From contig CAYHPA010000002.1 in the NCBI GenBank assembly GCA_964358155.1, positions 3,406 to 67,405 on the forward strand: a stretch of 64,000 bases of DNA. Direction: 5' to 3'. Made by a program: the position numbers and the translations under genes. The notes beneath the pieces are model-generated. The model was not told the DNA's origin. It did not search any database and saw nothing but the letters and a program-made list of their open reading frames with translations. Below, one piece after another: positions 17,358-26,454 of the stretch. Positions within the stretch are counted from its first letter, which is position 1, and every line of letters begins with the position of its first letter. Source of the stretch: an uncultured Chitinophaga sp. GTDB taxonomy: Bacteria > Bacteroidota > Bacteroidia > Chitinophagales > Chitinophagaceae.

Positions 17358-20300
17358 ATGAAAAAGAATACCTACTTCTTATCAATTGTGCTTTTCGTTG
17401 CAGTTCTTTTTTCTGCAACAAGCAACAAACTGTTTGCGCAAACCTGTAACCAGGTAGAGATACTCTACACCGGCAATGATTGTTTTGAAAGAGACCACCA
17501 GGATCCCGGCGGCGCCTCCGGCGGAAAAAATTGCAAGGAGATTGCTGTATGTGTGAACCAACCTTATAATTACTCCTCGTCCATCACAGGTGTTGGCTGG
17601 ACATACAACTGGACGGTAACAGGCCCGGCAAGTGTTACCATCAATCCCAACAACACAAGTCCGAACATCAGCATCGTGTGGCCGCAGATAGGTGTGTTTA
17701 CATTAACACTGACAGCCACCGATCCATCAGGCAACATATTTACTTTTTGTCTTAAAGTGAATGTGAAAGAAAAACCTAATGCCAATTTTACCATTGCGCC
17801 GAATAATGTTTGTGCCAATTCAACCATCACATTTACCGGCACCACCACCTTCTCTTCCGGGTTCATGTCTTCCTGGAATTTTGGAGATCCCCCGTCCGGC
17901 AGCAGCAACTATACCACTGTTTCTGGAAATACTGCGGTAACACATCTGTACACAGCGCCGGGAACTTATACCGTTACACTGATCACCTACAGTTTTATGA
18001 CAGTAGGCGGTGGCGGAGTTCCTAACGAACCTCCGGTAATCAAAACATGCTGCGCCGATACCATCACCAAGACTGTGACCATACTGCCGGGAACATTGCA
18101 GATTGAATGTATCAGCACCGTTTGCCCCGGCGATACTGTTAAGTACACGGCAGTTGGTTGTGGCAGCGTTACATGGCTTCCCGTTGTGGGAGGAACGATG
18201 ATTGCATCAACAGCAACCACTATCACTATTGTGTGGGGTAATGGAACAGCACAGGGCCAAATACAGGCACAATGCCCGGGCGGATGTATCGCATCAGTGC
18301 CGGTGCCGATCATTCCAACCAATCCTGTTATTGTTGGTAATACCAGCCCATGTAATACTTCAACAACATCTTATACACTGCCTGTATTACCTGGAACATT
18401 TTATACCTGGACGCTGACGAATATCAGCACGGCAACGAACTATAATAATTTACTCAACACTTATCCTGATAACAATACCGTTTGGATTAACTGGGCATCA
18501 GCGCCTCCGGGAACATATCAATTAACCATCAATCTTGACAACAAGCATATCTGTTGCAGCAGCAACGGCTCGCTTACTATTAATCCATCAGATAAATGGA
18601 CGGCTTATGCCGACCAGACAATTTGTATGGGAACGAATGCAAACCTTTCAGTTTTTCCTGTAGCAGGTACGTTTAACTGGACGGTCCTTCCGCCAAACGG
18701 CGGGGTAACTCCTCTTACCGGAACAGGGCCTACGTTCAATCCAACATTCGCCAATGCAGGCAGCTATCTTGTTGAGGTAGTGGAAACCGCTAATACTTAT
18801 TGCAATAGCGGAGCAGCTAATCCGCAGCAAATAAAAGTAACGGTGCTTAACACACCAGCGCCAGGAAATATTACCGGCCCGGCAACTGGTTGTGCAGGCT
18901 CGCAGTACACTTATACAATGAGCACAAATGCGCCAACCGGTTTTCATTATTACTGGTCCATTACCGGTGGTGCAGGCACATTTCAGCCGGGCAATCTTCC
19001 TAACGCTACCGGCAATTCTGCAACGATACTCTGGACAACGCTTCCCGGAACGATTTCGGTTGTATTGCAGGCAAATGGCTTTCCATCATGTCCGTCAACT
19101 CCGGTTACATTTACTGTAACTGCAGCAACGGTTGGCAACATTACCTGCAATCCTCCCACTCCACCTACTTGTATGAATGTGTGTGTGGATGGAACCGGAT
19201 CATATACATTAACAGGGGGCACATTACCTCCGGGAGAAGTAATTACATGGAGCATCACTCCATCCAGCCAGGGAACGATCATATCGGGCCAGGGAACAAA
19301 CAGCATTACAGTATTATGGCACGGAACTACCGGCGTAGGTCCTTGGCCTGCTACTATCAATGCAACCACATCCTGTGGTAATGCAACGCCATTAACGGGC
19401 ATCATGGTTTATCCCAAATTCGCAGTTACAATATCAGCAAGCGGTATTGATATCTGTCAGCCAGGTGGAGTTTCTCTGACAGTAAATGGCGCTCCCAGCG
19501 GATCTACAATTGTATGGTCTCCGACAAACATTAATAATATAACAACACCCGGTACTTATACCGTTACTGTAACAAAAGGCGGATGCACCGCTACAGCCAC
19601 CTATGTTGTGGAAGATCCATTTGCAATTATTCCGGTAACATGCGGAGTAGGCACCTGCAACGGCACCGCCACCAACGAAGCGCTGGGTGTAATAGTGGTA
19701 AAACCGGTTGTCGGCACATTCAGTTTTCAATGGTATTCCGGAACCTATCCATCAGGAACAGCCATAGGAGGAGCGACATCTGCCAATTACACAACAACAA
19801 CGCATGGTAATTTTTATGTAGTGGTCACTTATGGAACCTGTACTAAATATGTAAGCTTTACTGTAAAAAAAGTTTGTTGCCCCGATGTCAACAATCCGCA
19901 GATCACCAATGTTACAAGGAATAGTTGCAACAGCTATACTTTCACCGGCACCACGCCTAATCCAACCGGCGCCACCATCACCTGGAATTTTGGCGACGGC
20001 AATACAGCCACCGGTGCATCGGGAGTGCCCATCACACATGTGTATAATACAGCGGGAGTTTATTGCGTTACATTCTGTGTAGGCCCGCCTTCACCCAATC
20101 CAACAAGCTGCACGGGTAATTGTACAGCAACAACTGTTACTGTTCCTATACAGGCAAACTTCCTGTACACACTTGGCTGCAACGGATGTCTGAATGTAAC
20201 CAACACATCAACCGTTATCACCAGCAATCCATCGTATGTTACTTACTTATGGAATTTTGGCGATGGTAATACATCCACTGCACAAAATCCGGGGCCGCAT

Positions 20301-22910
20301 TGCTATGCAATCGCCGGCAACTATACTGTTACATTGACCATAACCTATAATGACGGACAGGTAAGTTGCACCAGCACGGTATCGTACAATGTAAACTATG
20401 TTCCGCTGGCTATCAGTGTTAATCCATCTCCTGTTTGTACAGGAGCGCCAACAACATTCAGTATTGCCGGTTCACCATCCTTTACTATTGTTTCGTGGAC
20501 ATGGAATTTTGGCGATGGATTTACCGCATACACTCCGTCAAGCACACATATATATAATTTGGCCGGGCCATATACTGTTACACTAACAGTTATAGACGGA
20601 CTTGGCAACACCTGCACCGCTACCAGCAACATTACTGTATTGCCCGGTATCGGCCCTTGCACTATTCTTCCCGCTTATCTATGTCCGGGAAGTCCTGCTA
20701 CATTAACAGCTCCGAATATAGTCGGCGCCACTTATTTGTGGGAATTTGAATCATCACCCAACACCTGGGTGTCAGCGCCGGGAACAAACAATGCAATAAC
20801 CTATACAACGACGGTGCCCGGTTTTTATCATGTGGTCATTACCGGAGCAAACGGTTGTCCCTGCACCAGCAATAAGGTAGAAGTAAAAGCTGCTCCAAAA
20901 CCAAAGGCTATTATTGCTGCAGCGCCATCTTCCAAACTTTGCGGACCGGGAATGGTAACATTGAGCAGCCCCAATCATTTGCCGGGATATACCTCCGACT
21001 GGTATGCGAATGGAGTTTATGGAGCGCCATTATCATCGGGAATGATGTTCATGACCAGCGTTTCAGTTACCACTGTCTTCAATCTTGTTTTATTCAATGA
21101 ATATGGTTGTTCGGATACCTGTTCGCTGACGATAACAGTGAACCCTATTCCCGCACAGCCAATCATTACATCCAGCCCGACATTGTGTGAAGGGGTGCCC
21201 ATAACACTGGCGGTTACCAACTATGCCAATAATATAACCTGGAATACCGGCGCCAATACAACCAGCATCACTGTTTTCTCAGCGGGAGTTTACACAGCCA
21301 CCTATACCGATCCGGTTACAGGTTGCAGCAGCAGTAAGAACATCAAGGTGAACAGAAGGCCGCCTACGGATCTGTTCCCGCATTTCTGCGACAGCATTCC
21401 ATGTACCTGTCGTGATAGTACAGGTAACTTCACTATTTATGCACCGCTGCCATTGATCGGCGCATATGCCAGCATCTATAATATACAATGGTTCTTTAAC
21501 GGAAATCCTGTGGGAGGAAACACGCCGACCTACACACCGGCTGTAACAGGAACCTATCATATTATATTGACGGATCCGATGACGGGTTGCAAGGACACCA
21601 GCGCCACTTATTCAATCGTTGTTCCTCCATGTGATACCTGCGATTGCAAAGAAAGCAAGTGGGGCGATATTGATTTGACAGAGGGAGAAAATATTCCCGG
21701 CAAGGCAAAAGCCAATATTGGAAACCCCGGCACCGGCAATCCCGTCGGCGGACCACAAAAGCTGAAATGCAACAGCAACTATGTATTAAAGTGTAACCAA
21801 CCTTATACCATCAATGCAAGCTATATCTGTAAGGATACACTTTGCCCGCCAAAGGTTACGTATTCACTGCAACCACCAAGTGGTTCACCGATAACAGGCA
21901 ATGCACCATTAACGTTCACACCTTCCCTAACAGGTGTATATATCCTTACACTCTATGGCTGGTGTGGAAATAAGATATGCGACAGCTGTGTTATCGATCT
22001 TACAGTGCAATGTGATCCGCTCTGTGATTGCAAAGGAAGCAAGTGGGGAGAAAAAACATACATGGTTAACAATGTGAGCAAGCCGCTCAACTGTATGAAG
22101 TCCACCGATAAGCCGATTGATGTGAAATGTGGCGACCAGATCACTATCAATGCCAATTATATGTGTGCCGGCGCCAACTGCCCCGGATCGGTAACCTATG
22201 CATTGAATGCACCTTACGGAAACAGCACTGGTAATATTTTACCGCCGCTGGTATTTAACGCTTCAATGACAGGAACCTATACTGTTACACTGTATGGCTG
22301 GTGCGGAACGACTAAATGTGACAGCTGTATAATAAGGTTTAAAACAGTATGCCCTGTAGTTGACAGCGCCTGCTGCCCATATCAGATAAAAGTGGATACA
22401 ACGAAAGTCACTACAACGTACAGCCAGCAGTATAATGCCACGGTGCTAACAGAAAACTTTACCATCAGTGGACTGGCAGCTGTACCGCTTACAGAAGTAA
22501 GGGCTGAAGTGCTGAGCTATACCATCACGGATAATTACAATAAAGAATGTATGAAGTGCCTGAACCTGCCTTACACATGGGCCAGCGTACAGTCAGCAAC
22601 CAATCTCGGCAATCCGGCAGTACCGCCGAAGATCACCATGTATAATTCAACGGTGCATCCGTTCAATCCGACGGGAGCGGGGCAGTATAAAAACCCGAGA
22701 GAGGTGGTATGGAATAACGGCAGTACATTTATTATCAATAACAATTCACAAGTGGGTATGAACTTCCTGCTGCCGCCGCCACCGGCCATTGACTGTTGTG
22801 AGTTCAAAGGAAAGATATGTGTGAAGTTCACTTTCCGCGACAACAATTGTAAAGAATGTGAGGTGATAGCCTGTTTTGAATTTGTAATTAAAAGCAAAAA
22901 GCCATTCTAA
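17358..22910 (+). CDS. giant (1850 aa) secreted PKD/Ig-like repeat protein (operon gene B)
   Basis: It has a signal peptide (LFVAVLFSATSNKLFAQ). Several PKD-type motifs are present (WNFGDGNTATG...THVYNTAGVY, WNFGDGNTSTAQ, WNFGDGFTAY), followed by many Thr/Gly/Asn-rich Ig-like segments. Two tandem Cys-rich repeats and an 8-Cys C-terminal module end the protein. There is no T9SS CTD. Confidence 0.85.
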   Translation: MKKNTYFLSIVLFVAVLFSATSNKLFAQTCNQVEILYTGNDCFERDHQDPGGASGGKNCKEIAVCVNQPYNYSSSITGVGWTYNWTVTGPASVTINPNNTSPNISIVWPQIGVFTLTLTATDPSGNIFTFCLKVNVKEKPNANFTIAPNNVCANSTITFTGTTTFSSGFMSSWNFGDPPSGSSNYTTVSGNTAVTHLYTAPGTYTVTLITYSFMTVGGGGVPNEPPVIKTCCADTITKTVTILPGTLQIECISTVCPGDTVKYTAVGCGSVTWLPVVGGTMIASTATTITIVWGNGTAQGQIQAQCPGGCIASVPVPIIPTNPVIVGNTSPCNTSTTSYTLPVLPGTFYTWTLTNISTATNYNNLLNTYPDNNTVWINWASAPPGTYQLTINLDNKHICCSSNGSLTINPSDKWTAYADQTICMGTNANLSVFPVAGTFNWTVLPPNGGVTPLTGTGPTFNPTFANAGSYLVEVVETANTYCNSGAANPQQIKVTVLNTPAPGNITGPATGCAGSQYTYTMSTNAPTGFHYYWSITGGAGTFQPGNLPNATGNSATILWTTLPGTISVVLQANGFPSCPSTPVTFTVTAATVGNITCNPPTPPTCMNVCVDGTGSYTLTGGTLPPGEVITWSITPSSQGTIISGQGTNSITVLWHGTTGVGPWPATINATTSCGNATPLTGIMVYPKFAVTISASGIDICQPGGVSLTVNGAPSGSTIVWSPTNINNITTPGTYTVTVTKGGCTATATYVVEDPFAIIPVTCGVGTCNGTATNEALGVIVVKPVVGTFSFQWYSGTYPSGTAIGGATSANYTTTTHGNFYVVVTYGTCTKYVSFTVKKVCCPDVNNPQITNVTRNSCNSYTFTGTTPNPTGATITWNFGDGNTATGASGVPITHVYNTAGVYCVTFCVGPPSPNPTSCTGNCTATTVTVPIQANFLYTLGCNGCLNVTNTSTVITSNPSYVTYLWNFGDGNTSTAQNPGPHCYAIAGNYTVTLTITYNDGQVSCTSTVSYNVNYVPLAISVNPSPVCTGAPTTFSIAGSPSFTIVSWTWNFGDGFTAYTPSSTHIYNLAGPYTVTLTVIDGLGNTCTATSNITVLPGIGPCTILPAYLCPGSPATLTAPNIVGATYLWEFESSPNTWVSAPGTNNAITYTTTVPGFYHVVITGANGCPCTSNKVEVKAAPKPKAIIAAAPSSKLCGPGMVTLSSPNHLPGYTSDWYANGVYGAPLSSGMMFMTSVSVTTVFNLVLFNEYGCSDTCSLTITVNPIPAQPIITSSPTLCEGVPITLAVTNYANNITWNTGANTTSITVFSAGVYTATYTDPVTGCSSSKNIKVNRRPPTDLFPHFCDSIPCTCRDSTGNFTIYAPLPLIGAYASIYNIQWFFNGNPVGGNTPTYTPAVTGTYHIILTDPMTGCKDTSATYSIVVPPCDTCDCKESKWGDIDLTEGENIPGKAKANIGNPGTGNPVGGPQKLKCNSNYVLKCNQPYTINASYICKDTLCPPKVTYSLQPPSGSPITGNAPLTFTPSLTGVYILTLYGWCGNKICDSCVIDLTVQCDPLCDCKGSKWGEKTYMVNNVSKPLNCMKSTDKPIDVKCGDQITINANYMCAGANCPGSVTYALNAPYGNSTGNILPPLVFNASMTGTYTVTLYGWCGTTKCDSCIIRFKTVCPVVDSACCPYQIKVDTTKVTTTYSQQYNATVLTENFTISGLAAVPLTEVRAEVLSYTITDNYNKECMKCLNLPYTWASVQSATNLGNPAVPPKITMYNSTVHPFNPTGAGQYKNPREVVWNNGSTFIINNNSQVGMNFLLPPPPAIDCCEFKGKICVKFTFRDNNCKECEVIACFEFVIKSKKPF

Positions 22911-22915
22911 GCTGT

Positions 22916-24655
22916 ATGAGAAATATTAAAAAAACATCCATTGCTGCTTTGCTTTTTTGGGGCTCTATTGTTACGGCCCATGGACAGGGCGATTCAGCAA
23001 AAAGTCAATTCAGCATCAGCGGAACCATGGGAGTTAGCTATGAGTATTACGGACTAAGCCGTAAACCAAGCGGCTGGACGGGCTTTACTCCCCGCAAACC
23101 ATGGAACCAGCTGCGGTTTATTTTTGCGCCGGACATGAAGTTTGGAAAAAACTTTTCGCTGCCCTTCAACTTCAATTTTGCGATGAAGCCCACCAACTAT
23201 GCAGGGCCTTATGCCGGAATAAACAAACAAAGCTTCGGCCAGTTCATCACCAACCCGATGAACAGTTTCGGATTGAACCCAAAATACAAATGGGCCGAAC
23301 TGCAATTGGGCACACAGTATCTTAATTATTCCAACCTTAGCACCGGTGATATCGGCGTGTTCGGCGCCGGAGTTGATCTGCGCCCCGGCACCTATATTTT
23401 TAAATTCTTTACCGGCTTATCGCAGCAGGGCATCAATTATTTGAATGGGCCGCCAACGGTGAACGGTGCTTACAAAAGAAAAAACTGGATGATGTCAATC
23501 GGTAAAGCCAGGGAAGGAAAATATGAAGCAGCCATAAATTTTGTAAAAGCCAAAGACGACAGCAGTTCAATTACAACACCACCAATCACCGTTAAGCCGC
23601 AGGAAGGATTCACCATGAGTTTTGCAGGAAAGGCTTTTTTCAAGAAAGGCTGGTATGTAAATGCTGAAGTGGCACAGTCGCTGTACACGAAGAACCTGCA
23701 GAACCCGGAAGACAGCAGCAAGCCATCATTCAAACCATTTATTGAAGGACATACTTCCACGGTGAAAGATTATGCTGCAGAAGGGGCATTTGGTAAGAAA
23801 GGACAAAACCTTGATATCGGCGCAAAAGTAAAATATATCGGAGCGGGTTTTCAAACACCGGGTTATCCCTTCATGCTGCCCGACCGGGTTGATTATACAT
23901 TGAACACAAGGTTCAATGCAGTAAAAGATAAGAACGGCGGGTATAAAATGAATGTGGTGGCCAGTGTGGGCCAGCGGATCAACAATGTGAGCAACACCAC
24001 ACTGAAGGCAAAACAATTTATCGGCACACTCAACTGGTTCACGCAGTTCAACGAACACTGGAACCTGAATGTAAGCTTCAACAACTTTGGATTTGAAACG
24101 CCCAGTGGTATCAATCCTTATGGTATTAAAAATGTAAGCAATGATTTTGGCCTGAACCCAAGTGTAACATGGGGAAACGATAATGTCATTCACCTGCTGA
24201 GCCTGAACTATAATTACAGTAAGTACACGGAGCGGGATGTGATAACGGCTGTCATTACTTCCAACAACACCCACACAGCGCTGATGACCTGGGTGCCCAC
24301 TTTTTTGAAAAAAAGTATTTCGCCCGATTTCAGCCTGATGTATTTTTATAATTCCGTGCCGGGATTCAAACTTACGCTTATCACTTTCAGTGCTGGCGCT
24401 TCTATGCAAGCGGCTAAAAAGAAAATGAACCTGCGGGCACAGCTGCAATACAATTATTCAAAGACCAGCAGTTTTACAAACAATAACAATATCATTGCCA
24501 CACTGAGTGATGACTGGAAGATTTCTGACCGGGTAACATGGAATATTTACATCAGCACCAATCATTTTAAATATGGGAACGAAATAACACCCAATAATGC
24601 GAGTTACCTGGAAAGCAATGTGCGCACCGGGTTCCTATACAGGTTTGGTAAATAG
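22916..24655 (+). CDS. predicted outer-membrane beta-barrel protein (operon gene C)
   Basis: It has a signal peptide (AALLFWGSIVTAHGQ). Aromatic-rich alternating hydrophobic stretches run throughout (FSISGTMGVSYEYYG, NVVASVGQRI, WNLNVSFNNFGF, FLYRF). The start lies 5 nt after the gene B stop. Confidence 0.65.
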   Translation: MRNIKKTSIAALLFWGSIVTAHGQGDSAKSQFSISGTMGVSYEYYGLSRKPSGWTGFTPRKPWNQLRFIFAPDMKFGKNFSLPFNFNFAMKPTNYAGPYAGINKQSFGQFITNPMNSFGLNPKYKWAELQLGTQYLNYSNLSTGDIGVFGAGVDLRPGTYIFKFFTGLSQQGINYLNGPPTVNGAYKRKNWMMSIGKAREGKYEAAINFVKAKDDSSSITTPPITVKPQEGFTMSFAGKAFFKKGWYVNAEVAQSLYTKNLQNPEDSSKPSFKPFIEGHTSTVKDYAAEGAFGKKGQNLDIGAKVKYIGAGFQTPGYPFMLPDRVDYTLNTRFNAVKDKNGGYKMNVVASVGQRINNVSNTTLKAKQFIGTLNWFTQFNEHWNLNVSFNNFGFETPSGINPYGIKNVSNDFGLNPSVTWGNDNVIHLLSLNYNYSKYTERDVITAVITSNNTHTALMTWVPTFLKKSISPDFSLMYFYNSVPGFKLTLITFSAGASMQAAKKKMNLRAQLQYNYSKTSSFTNNNNIIATLSDDWKISDRVTWNIYISTNHFKYGNEITPNNASYLESNVRTGFLYRFGK

Positions 24656-24709
24656 TAATTCAACGCAGTCAGCGGTTGAAAACCCTGACGGCGTTACAAA
24701 AAAATAAAT

Positions 24710-25711
24710 ATGAAAAAAATATTTTTGATAGCAGCCATTTGTTTTGTTGCGAAAACTTCTTTGGCGCAATTCAACACACAACTGGTGGTAATACCCAACC
24801 CGCCGGGGGCGCTGGCCGACTGGGATAATAAGACGCTTACCTATATGGTGGCCGGCGGCGGCGCAGGCCTGGTGGCACCGGTACTGATAAAAACCACTAT
24901 TAAAACCGTAAGCGGGGAAGTGGTAGCAACAAAAAATCTTGCCAAAGCAGCAACCTTTATCGCCGGCCAAAACAATCTTGTTTTGTATGTGAACGATGTG
25001 ATGCCATTGGATATAATGGTCTTTAACGGTTCTTATAAATCATCTATGGACAAAACCGGAAAACTTCCTTCCGGAAGCTATCAGCTTTGTGTGCAATTAG
25101 TGAATCCTACTGATTACCGGATAATGAGTGAAGAACGATGCAGGATATTTAACCTGGCGGCTTACCAGTTACCCATTCCTGTAATGCCTGCCAATGAAAT
25201 GATACTGGATATTGAAAAAGCACAATCCGTCATTACTTTTCGCTGGACGCCGGTAACACCCAACACCGGGATGATGCTCACCTATCGTGTCACCGTTTTT
25301 GAAATATTGCCGGGGCAAACAGCGATGCAGGCATTGCGCAGCAATCTTCCCTTGCTGGCAAAAAATATTGTGGGCACCACGCAGTATATCTGGCAGCCGC
25401 AATTGGGAATGACAGCCTGCTGCAAGGGAGACCCCGACTTTGATCTGAGAATGAAAGATACCACAAGAAAAACTGGTAACCCCGATCTGGAACCAGATGT
25501 GCTTGCCCGTGCCGGTACGGAGGAGGATGCTTATGCATTTATCTGGACCCTACAGACATTTGACAGCCAGGGGAGACCATTTGGCGATGGAAATGTGAAC
25601 GGCGATGGCATCAGCGAACCGAATATATTTTTTGTTGACCGAAGACCGCCGGACATGAGAAGATCAGGTCCGCCTGCCCGTACAACAAATTTGACAGGAA
25701 AAAAGAATTAA
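24710..25711 (+). CDS. secreted protein, short paralogue of operon gene A (operon gene D)
   Basis: It has a signal peptide (IAAICFVAKTSLAQ). Its N-terminal domain aligns by eye with gene A residues ~36-158. It carries one copy of the FRWTP...TYRVTVFEILPGQTAMQALRSN...YAFIWTLQ repeat. Confidence 0.75.
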   Translation: MKKIFLIAAICFVAKTSLAQFNTQLVVIPNPPGALADWDNKTLTYMVAGGGAGLVAPVLIKTTIKTVSGEVVATKNLAKAATFIAGQNNLVLYVNDVMPLDIMVFNGSYKSSMDKTGKLPSGSYQLCVQLVNPTDYRIMSEERCRIFNLAAYQLPIPVMPANEMILDIEKAQSVITFRWTPVTPNTGMMLTYRVTVFEILPGQTAMQALRSNLPLLAKNIVGTTQYIWQPQLGMTACCKGDPDFDLRMKDTTRKTGNPDLEPDVLARAGTEEDAYAFIWTLQTFDSQGRPFGDGNVNGDGISEPNIFFVDRRPPDMRRSGPPARTTNLTGKKN

Positions 25712-25763
25712 GCCCATGATGAAAACGCCACCGAACCAGGGGCTGTCTCAAAAGTATTTTCAA

Positions 25764-25853
25764 CACAGAGGCACAGAGAAGATGAGCAGCACAGAGAGTT
25801 GATACCAGGCCAACGATTTCTCTGTGTAACTCTGTTAACTCATATTCTCTGTG
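25764..25853. repeat. heptad hairpin repeat element, CACAGAG type, copy 4
   Basis: The left arm has three CACAGAG units (25764, 25772, 25790). The right arm has CTCTGTG (25820), CTCTGTT (25830) and CTCTGTG (25847). Confidence 0.75.
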
Positions 25854-25896
25854 TTTTCACTCACTTTTGAGGCGGTCTCTTTTTATTTTTGCAGCG

Positions 25897-26361
25897 ATGT
25901 ACAAAAAGCAATTAACAAAAGAACAGGCCCTGCAAAAATTGAAACACTACTGTGCTTACCAGGAACGCTGCCACAGCGAAGTAAAAGAAAAGCTCTACAA
26001 CCTCGACGTATGGAAGAGTGACCATGACGAAATCATTGCCACACTGATAGAAGAAAATTATTTAAACGAGGAACGTTTTGCCATTGCCTTTGCCGGGGGC
26101 AAATGGCGCATCAAGCAATGGGGCCGGGTAAAAATAAAATATGAACTGAAACAAAAACAGGTAAGCGATTACTGCATCAAAAAAGCGCTGAAGCAGATTG
26201 ACGAAGAAGAATATCTAAAGACACTGGCCAGGCTGGCGAAGGAAAAATATGCAGCACTGAAGCACGAACAATACTTAGTACGGAAAAAGAAGACGATGGA
26301 TTATTTGGTTGGAAAGGGGTTTGAGGGGGAGTTGGTGAGAGGAGTGCTGGAGAAGAAATAA
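25897..26361 (+). CDS. recX: RecA regulator RecX
   Basis: I chose the ATG at 25897 (MYKKQLTKEQALQKLKHYCAYQERCHSEVKEKL). The length and the repeated helical modules are typical of Bacteroidota RecX. Confidence 0.8.
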   Translation: MYKKQLTKEQALQKLKHYCAYQERCHSEVKEKLYNLDVWKSDHDEIIATLIEENYLNEERFAIAFAGGKWRIKQWGRVKIKYELKQKQVSDYCIKKALKQIDEEEYLKTLARLAKEKYAALKHEQYLVRKKKTMDYLVGKGFEGELVRGVLEKK

Positions 26362-26367
26362 CGGTCT

Positions 26368-26443
26368 GTACTAGCTAAACTATTGTTCAGCAAAACTGTA
26401 AAAAAGAGAAAAATTTGTTTGATTTTTTACACAGCTCATGTTA
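26368..26443 (+). mobile_element. IS110-family insertion sequence 3' remnant, copy B: the last ~10 degraded codons plus the right end
   Basis: It aligns with 12250-12324: GTA(C/T)..A..CTAAA(C/T)TATTGTTCAGCAA.AC.GTAAAAAA...AAATTTGTTTG.TTTTTTACACAG.TCATGTTA. Similarity ends at the same point (CATGTTA) in both copies. Confidence 0.55.
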
Positions 26444-26454
26444 GCATCAGGCCA

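Noticed and set aside
23726-24448. A 240-aa minus-strand ORF inside the barrel gene. Similar cases are 16377-16946(-), 51552-52172(+), 57736-58200(+) and 18983-19405(-).
   Set aside because: All lie fully inside longer ORFs that have signal peptides or clear family motifs on the opposite strand. Their translations are Cys/His/Arg-rich, typical of antisense frames.
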